Assembly: GCF_000014265.1 (NCBI RefSeq)
Contig: NC_008312.1
Span: forward strand, 2,040,001 to 2,072,000
Source: Trichodesmium erythraeum IMS101
Lineage (GTDB): Bacteria; Cyanobacteriota; Cyanobacteriia; Cyanobacteriales; Microcoleaceae
DNA length: 32,000 bases
Reading direction: 5' to 3'
Notes under the pieces: generated by a model
Databases searched by the model: none
What the model was told of the DNA's origin: nothing
Seen by the model: the letters and a program-made list of their open reading frames with translations, nothing else
Made by a program: the position numbers and the translations under genes
Part shown: positions 9,484 to 20,079 of the stretch, one piece after another
How positions within the stretch are numbered: position 1 is the stretch's first letter
Layout of the letters: each line of letters starts with the position of its first letter

Positions 9484-10365
9484 TTAATTGGTTACAGCAG
9501 CTAACTGCTTTAACATTTGCCTCAAACTATTTAACCAGTATGGAGGATGGTTTCCCAAAACTTTTGAAATTTTGCCACTATTCAAAACTGAAAAGGCAGG
9601 TCGTTTTGCTGGAGTTGGATACTCGGCAGTAGTAATGGGAACTACTCGTTTTACCTCTAAAGGAAAACCCAGTTTTTTTGCTTCCTCAAAAATAGCCATA
9701 GCAAAATCATACCAACTAATAGCTCCACTATTTGTATAGTGATAAGTTCCATAAGTTTGGGAATTAAGATGAGGAATAATTTGAGCGATCGCCTCTGCTA
9801 AGTCTCCAGTCCAAGTTGGGCAACCGACCTGATCATAGACAACCCTTAATTCTTCTCTATCCTTACCTAAGCGCAACATAGTTTTGACAAAGTTACCTTT
9901 TCCATAGGCTCCATAGACCCAAGCTGTTCTGATAATAATATGATTAACTTCTGTTTCTCGAATTGCCTCTTCTCCAGCTAACTTAGATTTACCATAAATT
10001 CCGAGGGGGTTAGTCAAGTCGGTTTCTGTGTAGGGCCTGCTTTGACTACCATCAAAAACATAGTCGGTGGAAATGTGTATTAAGGTTGCCCCCAACTTTT
10101 TTGCCTCTTTTGCCATAATTCCAGGAGCGATCCTATTGACAGCATCAGCTAATTCTGGTTCCTTTTCAGATTTGTCAACTGCTGTATAAGCTGCAGCATT
10201 GATAATTAGTTCTGGTTGAACTTGGCCTATAAGTTGGGAGATAGCATTGGAGTCTGCTAGGTCTAAGTTTTCTCGCCCCACTACTGATACTTCTCCTATT
10301 TTTTTGAGAGGTGTTTGTAGCTGGTTTCCTAGTTGTCCGTTAATACCTGTTAATAAGATTTTCAT
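9484..10365 (-). CDS. rfbD: dTDP-4-dehydrorhamnose reductase
   Basis: 293-aa ORF. Rossmann motif MKILLTGINGQLG. STDYVFDG and the YGKSKLAGE catalytic YxxxK region. Overall colinear with RmlD/RfbD. Confidence 0.9.
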   Translation of the reverse strand: MKILLTGINGQLGNQLQTPLKKIGEVSVVGRENLDLADSNAISQLIGQVQPELIINAAAYTAVDKSEKEPELADAVNRIAPGIMAKEAKKLGATLIHISTDYVFDGSQSRPYTETDLTNPLGIYGKSKLAGEEAIRETEVNHIIIRTAWVYGAYGKGNFVKTMLRLGKDREELRVVYDQVGCPTWTGDLAEAIAQIIPHLNSQTYGTYHYTNSGAISWYDFAMAIFEEAKKLGFPLEVKRVVPITTAEYPTPAKRPAFSVLNSGKISKVLGNHPPYWLNSLRQMLKQLAAVTN

Positions 10366-11547
10366 TGGTAATTTTTCGTGACTAAGTTTCAGTTAAATTT
10401 TTCGATTTTATTTTGATTAGATTTGAAAAAAATGATTTTTAGCTTAGAGTTTTAACTCCCTATTCTATTCTTTAATTAGCATAACTTCAACCTTCTATTG
10501 GCTCCATGATAATATTAACTGGGAGAGGGATCTATTTTTTGTAAAAGCTTATTTTAAGATTTTTATCAATTGTAATTATTCATAATTTTATAGAAGCATA
10601 TTTTTGAATTTATTTAATTGGATGAGTAGCAATTTATAAGTAATTAGTCTAGTTTTAGGCAAAGTCTATTTTTGATATTTTTGTAGTAAAATTTAATTTT
10701 TTTGCCACTTATTTTAATGATTATTTTGGTTCAGTAGTTAAATAGTTATTATGGTTAATATTTAGATGTTTTTCTTTTTTATTTTCCTCCGATTTTTTTT
10801 ATCTAAGTATTCTATCAAGTTGCTAATATCTGATTGTTATGGCTTCATATTTATTTTTTTACTCTCCTTGCTTAACTATCTGTTCTCAAGTCAAAAATAT
10901 TTTTCTAAAATAACTAGCTGATACTTCTTGAATAGGAATAATCAATTTTATAAAACATATACATCTGTTCATGGTAGTAATAAGACTCAACAAGATAATT
11001 CTCCGAGCAGAATATCTAGTTATCTACCTAGATATTAGGATTCGTTTCTATTAAATAATTGAGTTTTAAATAACCATATACTTAAAAAAACTTTTCATAC
11101 AACTCTGAATAAAGAATTGGCTGCCAATACTTTCTGAGTTATTCAAGGTTAGACTGAGTTTTTTCTAATATGTATATTTTACTAATTTCCAGTTAACTAA
11201 TCAAATTCCTGAAAATTATCTCTTGTATAATTAACTATATCTCTATCTACATCTGTATATAAGAAAATTCCCTTTAGTGCTTCTGATTAATTATTCTCTA
11301 TATTTGACTCAGTCGTTAAAATATATCTAAATATATCATCCTTATTTAAATAAAAAATTAACTGAGAAAAAAGTAGAAAAGTATAATCTAGTAGTAATTA
11401 TAGAAAATATATCAAATCATCAACACTATCGTGTTACTTACTCATAATAATCACCTAAAATTAAAATATAAAAAACATAATAACACTCTCTTACCTAACA
11501 AAATAAACCATATTTATGAGCATAATTTTTTCTTTTGCTTTTGGCTT

Positions 11548-11991
11548 TTACCTTAGAATTAAACCCTCATATTGAGGTACAGAATAATTAGTAATCTTAT
11601 ACAAAACATCCGCAGTTTCAGACACTACTAAAAAACCATGAGCAAAACCAGGGGGCACCCAAAGTTGTCGTTTATTTTCTGCACTTAAACAGCACCTACC
11701 CAACTTACCAAAATTAGGAGAATTTTTCCGAATGTCTATAGCAACATCAAATATTTCTCCCAAAACTACTCTTAATAATTTACCTTAAGCTTGTTGAATT
11801 TGATAATGCAAAGCTCGAAGTAAACCTTCACTATAACGAGAATGATTATCTTGCACAAATTCGAGATTTACTCCTGTTTTTTTGGAAAAATTACGTTAAT
11901 TAAAACTCTCCATAAAAAAGCCATATTCGTCTCCAAAAACTTTTAGTTATATTAATAATACTTCAGGAATTTATGTTTCAATTACATTCAT
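11548..11991 (-). pseudogene. Truncated, nonsense-riddled tandem duplicate of rfbC (first ~147 codons plus ~60-80 nt of upstream sequence)
   Basis: Colinear at the nucleotide level with 12230..12659. Same frame throughout, no indels. Four in-frame TAA codons: MNVIET*IPEVLLI*LKVFGDEYGFFMESFN*RNFSKKTGVNLEFVQDNHSRYSEGLLRALHYQIQQA*GKLLRVVLGEIFDV... The matching codons in the intact copy are GAA, GAG, CAA and CAA. Confidence 0.9.
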
Positions 11992-12113
11992 TTTTTTGAC
12001 TTCAGTTAATTTAATTTCATAGAATAAGGAAGATAAAATATAGCACTACTATTGCAATACTATTTATAAAACTTATAAAGCGTAGACTTAAGTAAATCCC
12101 TTTTGTAGAGTAT

Positions 12114-12659
12114 TTACATCAAATCAGCCTCTTTCAAAGTTGTACCATCTTTATCTTTTTGAGACAATTTTACCTCAATTCCATTTATTGGCCAACTAAT
12201 CCCAATTTCTGAATCATTCCACAGAATTGAACGCTCATATTCAGGTGCATAATAATCAGTAGTTTTATACAAAACATCCGCAGTTTCAGACACTACAAAA
12301 AAACCATGAGCAAAACCAGGAGGCACCCAAAGTTGTCGTTTATTTTCTGCACTTAAAAGATAGCCTACCCACTTACCAAAATTAGGAGAATTTTTCCGAA
12401 TGTCTACAGCAACATCAAATATTTCTCCCAAAACTACTCTTAATAATTTGCCTTGAGCTTGTTGAATTTGATAATGCAAACCTCGAAGTACACCTTGGCT
12501 AGAACGAGAATGATTATCTTGCACAAATTCGAGATTTACTCCTGTTTTTTCGGAAAAATTACGTTGATTAAAACTCTCCATAAAAAAGCCACGTTCGTCT
12601 CCAAAAACTTTTGGCTCTATTAATAATACTTCAGGAATTTCTGTTTGAATTACATTCAT
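12114..12659 (-). CDS. rfbC: dTDP-4-dehydrorhamnose 3,5-epimerase
   Basis: 181-aa ORF. Cupin-fold RmlC hallmarks FGDERGFF, RGLHYQ, QGKLLRVV.GEIFDVAVDIR and VPPGFAHGF. Confidence 0.92.
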   Translation of the reverse strand: MNVIQTEIPEVLLIEPKVFGDERGFFMESFNQRNFSEKTGVNLEFVQDNHSRSSQGVLRGLHYQIQQAQGKLLRVVLGEIFDVAVDIRKNSPNFGKWVGYLLSAENKRQLWVPPGFAHGFFVVSETADVLYKTTDYYAPEYERSILWNDSEIGISWPINGIEVKLSQKDKDGTTLKEADLM

Positions 12660-12679
12660 TTTTTTGACCTCATTTTTTA

Positions 12680-15600
12680 TAAAGGATAAGGAATAAGGTA
12701 AATACTATTTATTTTTTCCAAGTTTACAATTCTCCTATCCATAAATCAAAGACTAATTTATCTAGTAAAAAAAAATTAAACCAGGAAATTGATAATAAAA
12801 AATAGAACAAAACCTACTGATCATACTTTAATCTATTCAAAATAGATCCCAGACTCATTAAATTACTGGTTAGCTTTAATTTTACATCAGAAAATTCACT
12901 TTTTTCTACATCTAATTTTATCGTCTTTAGGAATAAATAAGAAATCAGTAAATTTTTCTATTGCTTGATAGGGAATAGGGAAAATCAAGTGAAAATTCCT
13001 TTAAACTTATTACCAAAAAGTTGATATTTTTAGACTCAATAGGAAGAGATAACAGAAAATATAAAGACACTGGAAACTGTTAGATAATAACTGTAACTGG
13101 TAACTGTTAAATAATAACTGTTACTACCTCTTGTTTTTCAAGCTTATAACTATCCTATCCATAAATTAAAGACTAATTTATCTAGATTAAAAAATTGAGA
13201 AATTGAGAGAAAAAAAGAGAACCAAATCTGCTAATAATACTTCAATATATTCAAAATATATCTCAGAATCATTAAATTACTGGTTAGCTTTGATTCTACA
13301 TCAGAAAATTCACTTTTTTCTACATCTAATTTTATCGTCTTTAGGAATAAATAAGAAATCAGTAAATTTTTCTATTGCTTGATAGGGAATAGGGAAAATC
13401 AAGTGAAAATTCCTTTAAACTTATTACCAAAAAGTTGATATTTTTAGACTCAATAGGAAGAAATAACAGAAAATATAAAGACGCTGGAAACTGTTAGATA
13501 ATAACTGTTAACTGTTAACTGTTAAATCATAACTGTTACTACCTCTTTTTTTTTCAAGCTTATAACTATCCTATCCATAAATTAAAGACTAATTTATCTA
13601 GATTAAAAAATTGAGAAATTGAGAGAAAAAAAGAGAACCAAATCTGCTAATAATACTTCAATATATTCAAAATCTATCTCAGACTCATTAAATTACTGGT
13701 TAGCTTTAATTTTACATCAGAAAATTCACTTTTTTCTACATCTAATTTTATCGTCTTTAGGAATAAATAAGAAATCAGTAAATTTTTCTATTGCTTGATA
13801 GGGAATAGGGAAAATCAAGTGAAAATTCCTTTAAACTTATTACCAAAAAGTTGATATTTTTAGACTCAATAGGAAGAAATAACAGAAAATATAAAGACGC
13901 TGGAAACTGTTAGATAATAACTGTTAACTGTTAACTGTTAAATCATAACTGTTACTACCTCTTTTTTTTTCAAGCTTATAACTATCCTATCCATAAATTA
14001 AAGACTAATTTATCTAGATTAAAAAATTGAGAAATTGAGAGAAAAAAAGAGAACCAAATCTGCTAATAATACTTCAATATATTCAAAATCTATCTCAGAC
14101 TCATTAAATTACTGGTTAGCTTTAATTTTACATCAGAAAATTCACTTTTTTCTACATCTAATTTTATCGTCTTTAGGAATAAATAAGAAATCAGTAAATT
14201 TTTCTATTGCTTGATAGGGAATAGGGAAAATCAAGTGAAAATTCCTTTAAACTTATTACCAAAAAGTTGATATTTTTAGGCTCAATAGGAAGAGATAACA
14301 GAAAATATAAAGACGCTGGAAACTGTTAGATAATAACTGTTACTACCTCTTTTTTTTTCAAGCTTATAACTATCCTATCCATAAATTAAAGACTAATTTA
14401 TCTAGATTAAAAAATTGAGAAATTGAGAGAAAAAAAGAGAACCAAATCTGCTAATAATACTTCAATATATTCAAAATCTATCTCAGACTCATTAAATTAC
14501 TGGTTAGCTTTAATTTTACATCAGAAAATTCACTTTTTTCTACATCTAATTTTATCGTCTTTAGGAATAAATAAGAAATCAGTAAATTTTTCTATTGCTT
14601 GATAGGGAATAGGGAAAATCAAGTGAAAATTCCTTTAAACTTATTACCAAAAAGTTGATATTTTTAGGCTCAATAGGAAGAGATAACAGAAAATATAAAG
14701 ACGCTGGAAACTGTTAGATAATAACTGTTACTACCTCTTTTTTTTTCAAGCTTATAACTATCCTATCCATAAATTAAAGACTAATTTATCTAGATTAAAA
14801 AATTGAGAAATTGAGAGAAAAAAAGAGAACCAAATCTGCTAATAATACTTCAATATATTCAAAATCTATCTCAGACTCATTAAATTACTGGTTAGCTTTA
14901 ATTTTACATCAGAAAATTCACTTTTTTCTACATCTAATTTTATCGTCTTTAGGAATAAATAAGAAATCAGTAAATTTTTCTATTGCTTGATAGGGAATAG
15001 GGAAAATCAAGTGAAAATTCCTTTAAACTTATTACCAAAAAGTTGATATTTTTAGGCTCAATAGGAAGAGATAACAGAAAACATAAAGACGCTGGAAACT
15101 GTTAGATAATAACTGTTACTACCTCTTTTTTTTTCAAGCTTATAACTATCCTATTCATAAATTAAAGACTAATTTATCTAGATTAAAAAATTGAGAAATT
15201 GAGAGAAAAAAAGAGAACCAAATCTGCTAATAATACTTCAATATATTCAAAATATATCTCAGACTCATTAAATTACTGGTTAGCTTTGATTCTACATCAG
15301 AAACCCCACTTTTTTTCAAAGCAAATTTTATTCTATCTAGGGATAAATAAGAAATAATTAAAGTGTTATTTTGGTTGATAATGAATAGGAAAAATTAACT
15401 GAAACTTCCTTTAAAATTATTACCAAAAAGTTGATAATTTTAGAATCAAGAGTGAGAGAGAAAATAAAATATAAAGAAGCTGAAAACTGTTAGTAAATAA
15501 CTGTTAACCGTTAACTGTTAACTAATAACTGTTACTACCTCTTTTTTTTCCAAGCTTATAACTATCCTATCCATAAATTAAAGACTAATTTATCTAGATT

Positions 15601-16359
15601 AAAAAATTGAGAAATTGAGAGAAAAAAAGAGAACCAAATCTGCTAATAATACTTCAATATATTCAAAATATATCTCAGACTCATTAAATTACTGGTTAGC
15701 TTTGATTCTACATCAGAAACCCCACTTTTTTTCAAAGTAAATTTTATTCTATCTAGGGATAAATAAGAAATAATTAAAGTGTTACTTTGGTTGATAATGA
15801 ATAGGAAAAATTAACTGAAACTTCCTTTAAAATTATTACCAAAAAGTTGAGGAATTTAGAATCAAGAGGGATAGATAAAATAAAATATAAAGAAGCTAAA
15901 AACTGTTATTAAATAACTGTTAACCGTTAACTGTTAACTAATAACTGTTACTACCTCTTTTTTTTCCAAGCTTATAACTATCCTATCCATAAATTAAAGA
16001 CTAATTTATCTAGATTAAAAAATTGAGAAATTGAGAGAAAAAAAGAGAACCAAATCTGCTAATAATACTTCAATATATTCAAAATATATCTCAGACTCAT
16101 TAAATTACTGGTTAGCTTTGATTCTACATCAGAAACCCCACTTTTTTTCAAAGTAAATTTTATTCTATCTAGGGATAAATAAGAAATAATTAAAGTGTTA
16201 CTTTGGTTGATAATGAATAGGAAAAATTAACTGAAACTTCCTTTAAAATTATTACCAAAAAGTTGAGGAATTTAGAATCAAGAGGGATAGATAAAATCAA
16301 ATATAAAGAAGCTAAAAACTGTTAGTAAATAACTGTTAACCGTTAACTTATAACTGTTA
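12680..16359. repeat. Tandem array of 9 units (388-420 bp). Each unit is a decayed copy of the last ~90 codons of the methyltransferase gene plus its downstream spacer
   Basis: The landmark caag(c/t)tt recurs at 12719, 13139, 13555, 13971, 14359, 14747, 15135, 15551, 15967 and 16376. The last occurrence is inside the real CDS. Periods are 420, 416, 416, 388, 388, 388, 416, 416 and 409. The units align colinearly with 16360..~16630. Confidence 0.95.
13501..13540. repeat. Heptamer microsatellite (AACTGTT)n, STRR-like; one tract per unit of the 12.7-16.4 kb array (representative copy)
   Basis: Sequence ataactgttaactgttaactgttaaatcataactgttact. Units of 388 bp have a shorter tract (ataactgttact), which accounts for the 28-bp (4 x 7) length difference from 416-bp units. 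A similar tract, ctgataactgataactaataactgtt, lies at about 8491-8516. Confidence 0.85.
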
Positions 16360-17220
16360 TTACCTCTTTTGCCCCCAAGCTTCCAATTCTCCTATCCATA
16401 AATTAAAGACCAATTTATCTAGATTAAAAAATTTAGAAATTGAGAGGAAAAAAGAGAACAAAACCTGCTGATAATACTTCAATCTATTCAAAATATATCC
16501 CAGGCTCATTAAATTACTAGTCGGCTTTGATTCTACATCAGAAAATCCACTTTTTTCCAAAGCAAATTTTATCGTATCTAGGGAGAAATAAGTCAAGTGT
16601 TCTGTTGGTTTATAATGATACCAAAAAGACCCTAATAATCTATGCCAAAACCCTCCCACATTTGGAGTAGTAATAAAAATCCATCCTCCAGGTTTCAAAA
16701 GTTGATAAGCTGCTGTTAATTGAGCAATAGGATCTGTCGTATGTTCAATCATATCTTGCAACATAATCAAATCAAAAGAATTAGGTTCAAAACTATGATT
16801 AAACAAATCCCCTTGATGTACAGATAAGCCCCTACTTTTAGCAAAATTTACTGCATATTCTGAGACTTCTAAACCTTGAGGTTTATCCCATCCTAAATCT
16901 TTTGCTTGCTCCAAACAATCACCTAAAGCACAACCCACATCTAATAATAAACCTTGACCAAAAAGTTTTTTCTCTGCTTTTAATAAACGTTTACGAAAAG
17001 TCTGATTATTAATTTTCATCCCTTGGAAATAATTAGAATATCCTCCTTTAGGGAAATCGTTATTATAATAACTTTCCTGATAAATAGTAGTAGGATTTAC
17101 TGGCGGATTATTATCCCATACCATACCACATTTAGAGCATTTTGCTAATAGATAGTTATCCCCTGCTTTATAATAGTTAAACTTGTTTGTATGACATAAG
17201 GGGCAATAATTTTTTTGCAT
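16360..17220 (-). CDS. Class I SAM-dependent methyltransferase with an N-terminal Cys4 zinc-ribbon
   Basis: 286-aa ORF. CPLCHTNKF...CSKCGMVW zinc-ribbon. Motif I LLDVGCALGDC, plus LIMLQDMIEH and LKPGGWIFITTPN. Its last ~270 nt are the master copy of the downstream tandem array. Confidence 0.85.
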   Translation of the reverse strand: MQKNYCPLCHTNKFNYYKAGDNYLLAKCSKCGMVWDNNPPVNPTTIYQESYYNNDFPKGGYSNYFQGMKINNQTFRKRLLKAEKKLFGQGLLLDVGCALGDCLEQAKDLGWDKPQGLEVSEYAVNFAKSRGLSVHQGDLFNHSFEPNSFDLIMLQDMIEHTTDPIAQLTAAYQLLKPGGWIFITTPNVGGFWHRLLGSFWYHYKPTEHLTYFSLDTIKFALEKSGFSDVESKPTSNLMSLGYILNRLKYYQQVLFSFFLSISKFFNLDKLVFNLWIGELEAWGQKR

Positions 17221-17446
17221 AATATTTGGATTAAAATTACTTATATTATGATATTGGGGATAGCTATATTAAAATTTTAACCTCAATATTACCAGTGAAC
17301 GTAATCCATCTTCACATATCAAGTGATTTTTAGAACACTAAGTATTTTCAGCCACTTTTCAGAGACTTCTGCTATTAGCCCTGAAGTTCATTTATGGGAA
17401 ATTTTGGTGGTTATTATTATCTTATCTGTTTAAATTAAAATACTAG

Positions 17447-19189
17447 TCAAGACTTTTCTACCCTGACATTAACTTCATTGTTTAATTTAACAAATTCTTG
17501 TTTATTAGGGTTATAAACCCAAGCTTTAATAACAGTTTCTCCTACAGGTAAAGATTTCGCTGAAAATTTTACTTTCCATCTGGCTCTACTATAAAGTTTT
17601 GACTTCATAACTTTAGCAATATCATAACTCTCTAAGTTAACAATAGCATTAGCAAAAAAATCTTGATTATTACCAGAAGAAAGTAACACTAAGTTAGGTT
17701 GTTCTTTTCCATCAGGTTGAATTGCCCAACCTCCCAAATTTAGAGTTTCTTCACCTTTAATAATTAGAGGTTTTGCAGTTGTTTGAGGATGATCTAAATA
17801 ACCATAATTTTGTTTTGGTTGTTTGATAAATTGTAGATTTTGAGGAAATTCTCGCCATCCGAGTTTTGCCATAATTTCTGCACCTCGTCTGACTAGCCAA
17901 GTTTTGCCATTCATTAACACTAAACAACTATCTGGAGATGTTTTTATAAATTCTGAATCTTCTAAATAGTTAATTATTTCTAGACATTCTTTCCGACTCT
18001 CAATATAGGGAAAACTTAATTTAATATTCCTCACAACATAGAGGGAGTTTATGAGCATAATTCCTGTGATTGCAACAGCTAAAATTTTATATATTAATAA
18101 ATATTTTTGTTGCTTTTGTATAAACAAAGCCAAGAGATAAACTAAAGAGATAATTAATAATATTGATGTGGTTGTATATCGGGAAGAAGTCATAGCATTT
18201 TCCACCCCATATTCTGCTCTACCTACAGAAATAGATAGAGCAGAAATTATAGAAAATGTACCTATTGTTAACCAAGGAATAGTAGGAGGAAAAAAAGTTA
18301 GTTTATACAAAGGTTTCTTGAGAAAGTAATATGTAAAAAATAGGAAACTAGAGAATAATATTAATCCTGTTAAAATTGCAGGTATGGGAAGTCTAACTAG
18401 AGGTAAACCTATAACGGCTAAAAAATAATTTATTATCAAAAATGGTTTTTCTGTAAATAAAAATGGTTTTGGTTCGCGAATTGGATTGAAGTTAATTGCG
18501 TAGATAATACATGAAACTACAAACAGTAAGCTCCAGATCACTAGTCTAGTAATTTTTTGTTTAGCTTTCCCTTCTATAGACAATATTGACGGAATTAAAA
18601 CTAGCCAAGAAAATAATCCTTGTATTAATGTAAAACTTCCGATAAAACAAAATATTGCTGCTAGAAATATTCTTCTTTTTGCCGATATATTCTCTAAGAC
18701 ATGAATCAAATATACCGCCATTATTAAACATAAGTTTGTGAGAAACCAAAATAGAGTAAATCCCCATAACCAGTTCTGATGTTGTACTAGGGAAAATAAA
18801 AATAGACAGCTTAAAATATTTGCTATATTTATAATATTTTGATTTTGATTATGAAAGTTAATTTGGGCTATTTTACAAACAGCAAAAAATGTGATGATGA
18901 CAAAAATTACACTACAAATTATTTCAGCTTGAGTGTTCCATTTAGTGGCAAAAGCTAAGGCAGTAATGATTAATTTTGGTATTAATATTCTGTGATGTCC
19001 GTGTACTGTGAAAAAGTCAAAAAATGTGGCGTTTCCTTCAGCAACTTTCTCAAATATAGGGGTTAATCTCCATTGGTCCCAGTAGGGAACATTGACACTA
19101 AAATTAGCGAGAAACCAAAGGAGTAATAAGACTGGAAAAATATATAGGGTTACTAATAATATTCTGGTTCGGGAAAATATTTTTCGCAT
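17447..19189 (-). CDS. Polytopic integral membrane protein with a C-terminal soluble domain; putative GT-C-type glycosyltransferase; paralog of 2045..3895
   Basis: 580-aa ORF. Multiple transmembrane segments, then a hydrophilic C-terminal domain (GGWAIQPDGKEQPNLVLLSSGNNQDFFANAIVNLESYDIAKVM...IKAWVYNPNKQEFVKLNN). That domain is colinear with the tail of the 616-aa ORF. Confidence 0.6.
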   Translation of the reverse strand: MRKIFSRTRILLVTLYIFPVLLLLWFLANFSVNVPYWDQWRLTPIFEKVAEGNATFFDFFTVHGHHRILIPKLIITALAFATKWNTQAEIICSVIFVIITFFAVCKIAQINFHNQNQNIINIANILSCLFLFSLVQHQNWLWGFTLFWFLTNLCLIMAVYLIHVLENISAKRRIFLAAIFCFIGSFTLIQGLFSWLVLIPSILSIEGKAKQKITRLVIWSLLFVVSCIIYAINFNPIREPKPFLFTEKPFLIINYFLAVIGLPLVRLPIPAILTGLILFSSFLFFTYYFLKKPLYKLTFFPPTIPWLTIGTFSIISALSISVGRAEYGVENAMTSSRYTTTSILLIISLVYLLALFIQKQQKYLLIYKILAVAITGIMLINSLYVVRNIKLSFPYIESRKECLEIINYLEDSEFIKTSPDSCLVLMNGKTWLVRRGAEIMAKLGWREFPQNLQFIKQPKQNYGYLDHPQTTAKPLIIKGEETLNLGGWAIQPDGKEQPNLVLLSSGNNQDFFANAIVNLESYDIAKVMKSKLYSRARWKVKFSAKSLPVGETVIKAWVYNPNKQEFVKLNNEVNVRVEKS

Positions 19190-20079
19190 TATTCAAAAGT
19201 TGGCAGATAGCTTTTATAAATATTACCTTAAAGCGAACTTGAAAGTCCCGTCTCTTTAGAGCTATATAGCAATATAGCTAAATCAAATTTATATTTATGA
19301 TTTGCTAAAAGTTTCTATCTCTATTTCCCCAAGTGAGTCAGACTGGATAAAAACTTCTATTGTCTATCTATGCAACAATAGAGATGAATTATTTCGTAGA
19401 TAGTGAGACACAAAAGAGGCGATCGCTTCTTATTTGTCTATTCCTTTTTTTTCCATTTATTTACAAATAGGAGCTTAAATTTTATCATCAAAATTAGGGA
19501 CTTCAAATGTTCATAATAACTTTTTGCTCTGGACTCTAAGCTAATCTATCTAGATATGCTTGAACAGCAATTTTACAACCTATTCCTAGTAAAGTGTAGT
19601 ATGGTAATTATAGTATATTGGCTGAATAAGAATTAAAATTATATTCCAGACTTCAAAAACTATTTAAAAAGCTAGTACTACTGTATTTATAAATCACTTA
19701 ATGCGCTGTATATAGTATTTATCAAGGAACAGTTTGTACAGTTTTTTCTTCTTTTTTATACCCTGTTTTTCTTGCATACTACTCTTTAAGGAACTTTGCA
19801 TGGGGTTCCCCTACTAAAACAAATAAATTTTGTACCTCAAAAGTATGGGATTTTCTATATTCTTAACTCATAGCTGAATGATGAATTTTACTTATCAAGT
19901 TACCTCTCTATTCAACCTAATTTAAAATTTAATTTTTCAAGCCATAATATACAAGTTATAAGTTTTATTTTGTCTGAGTTGTCATCAAAAACATTACAAC
20001 TAATATGATTTTGTCTTATAATGTAGTTAATTTGAATAATTAAAGATATCAACATATACTATAACTAAAATAGTAGTAA

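Noticed and set aside
11548-11763. 71-aa ORF-track entry annotated as a possible CDS
   Set aside because: It is only the longest stop-free piece of the rfbC pseudogene (11548..11991), and its start is a TTG internal to the ancestral frame.
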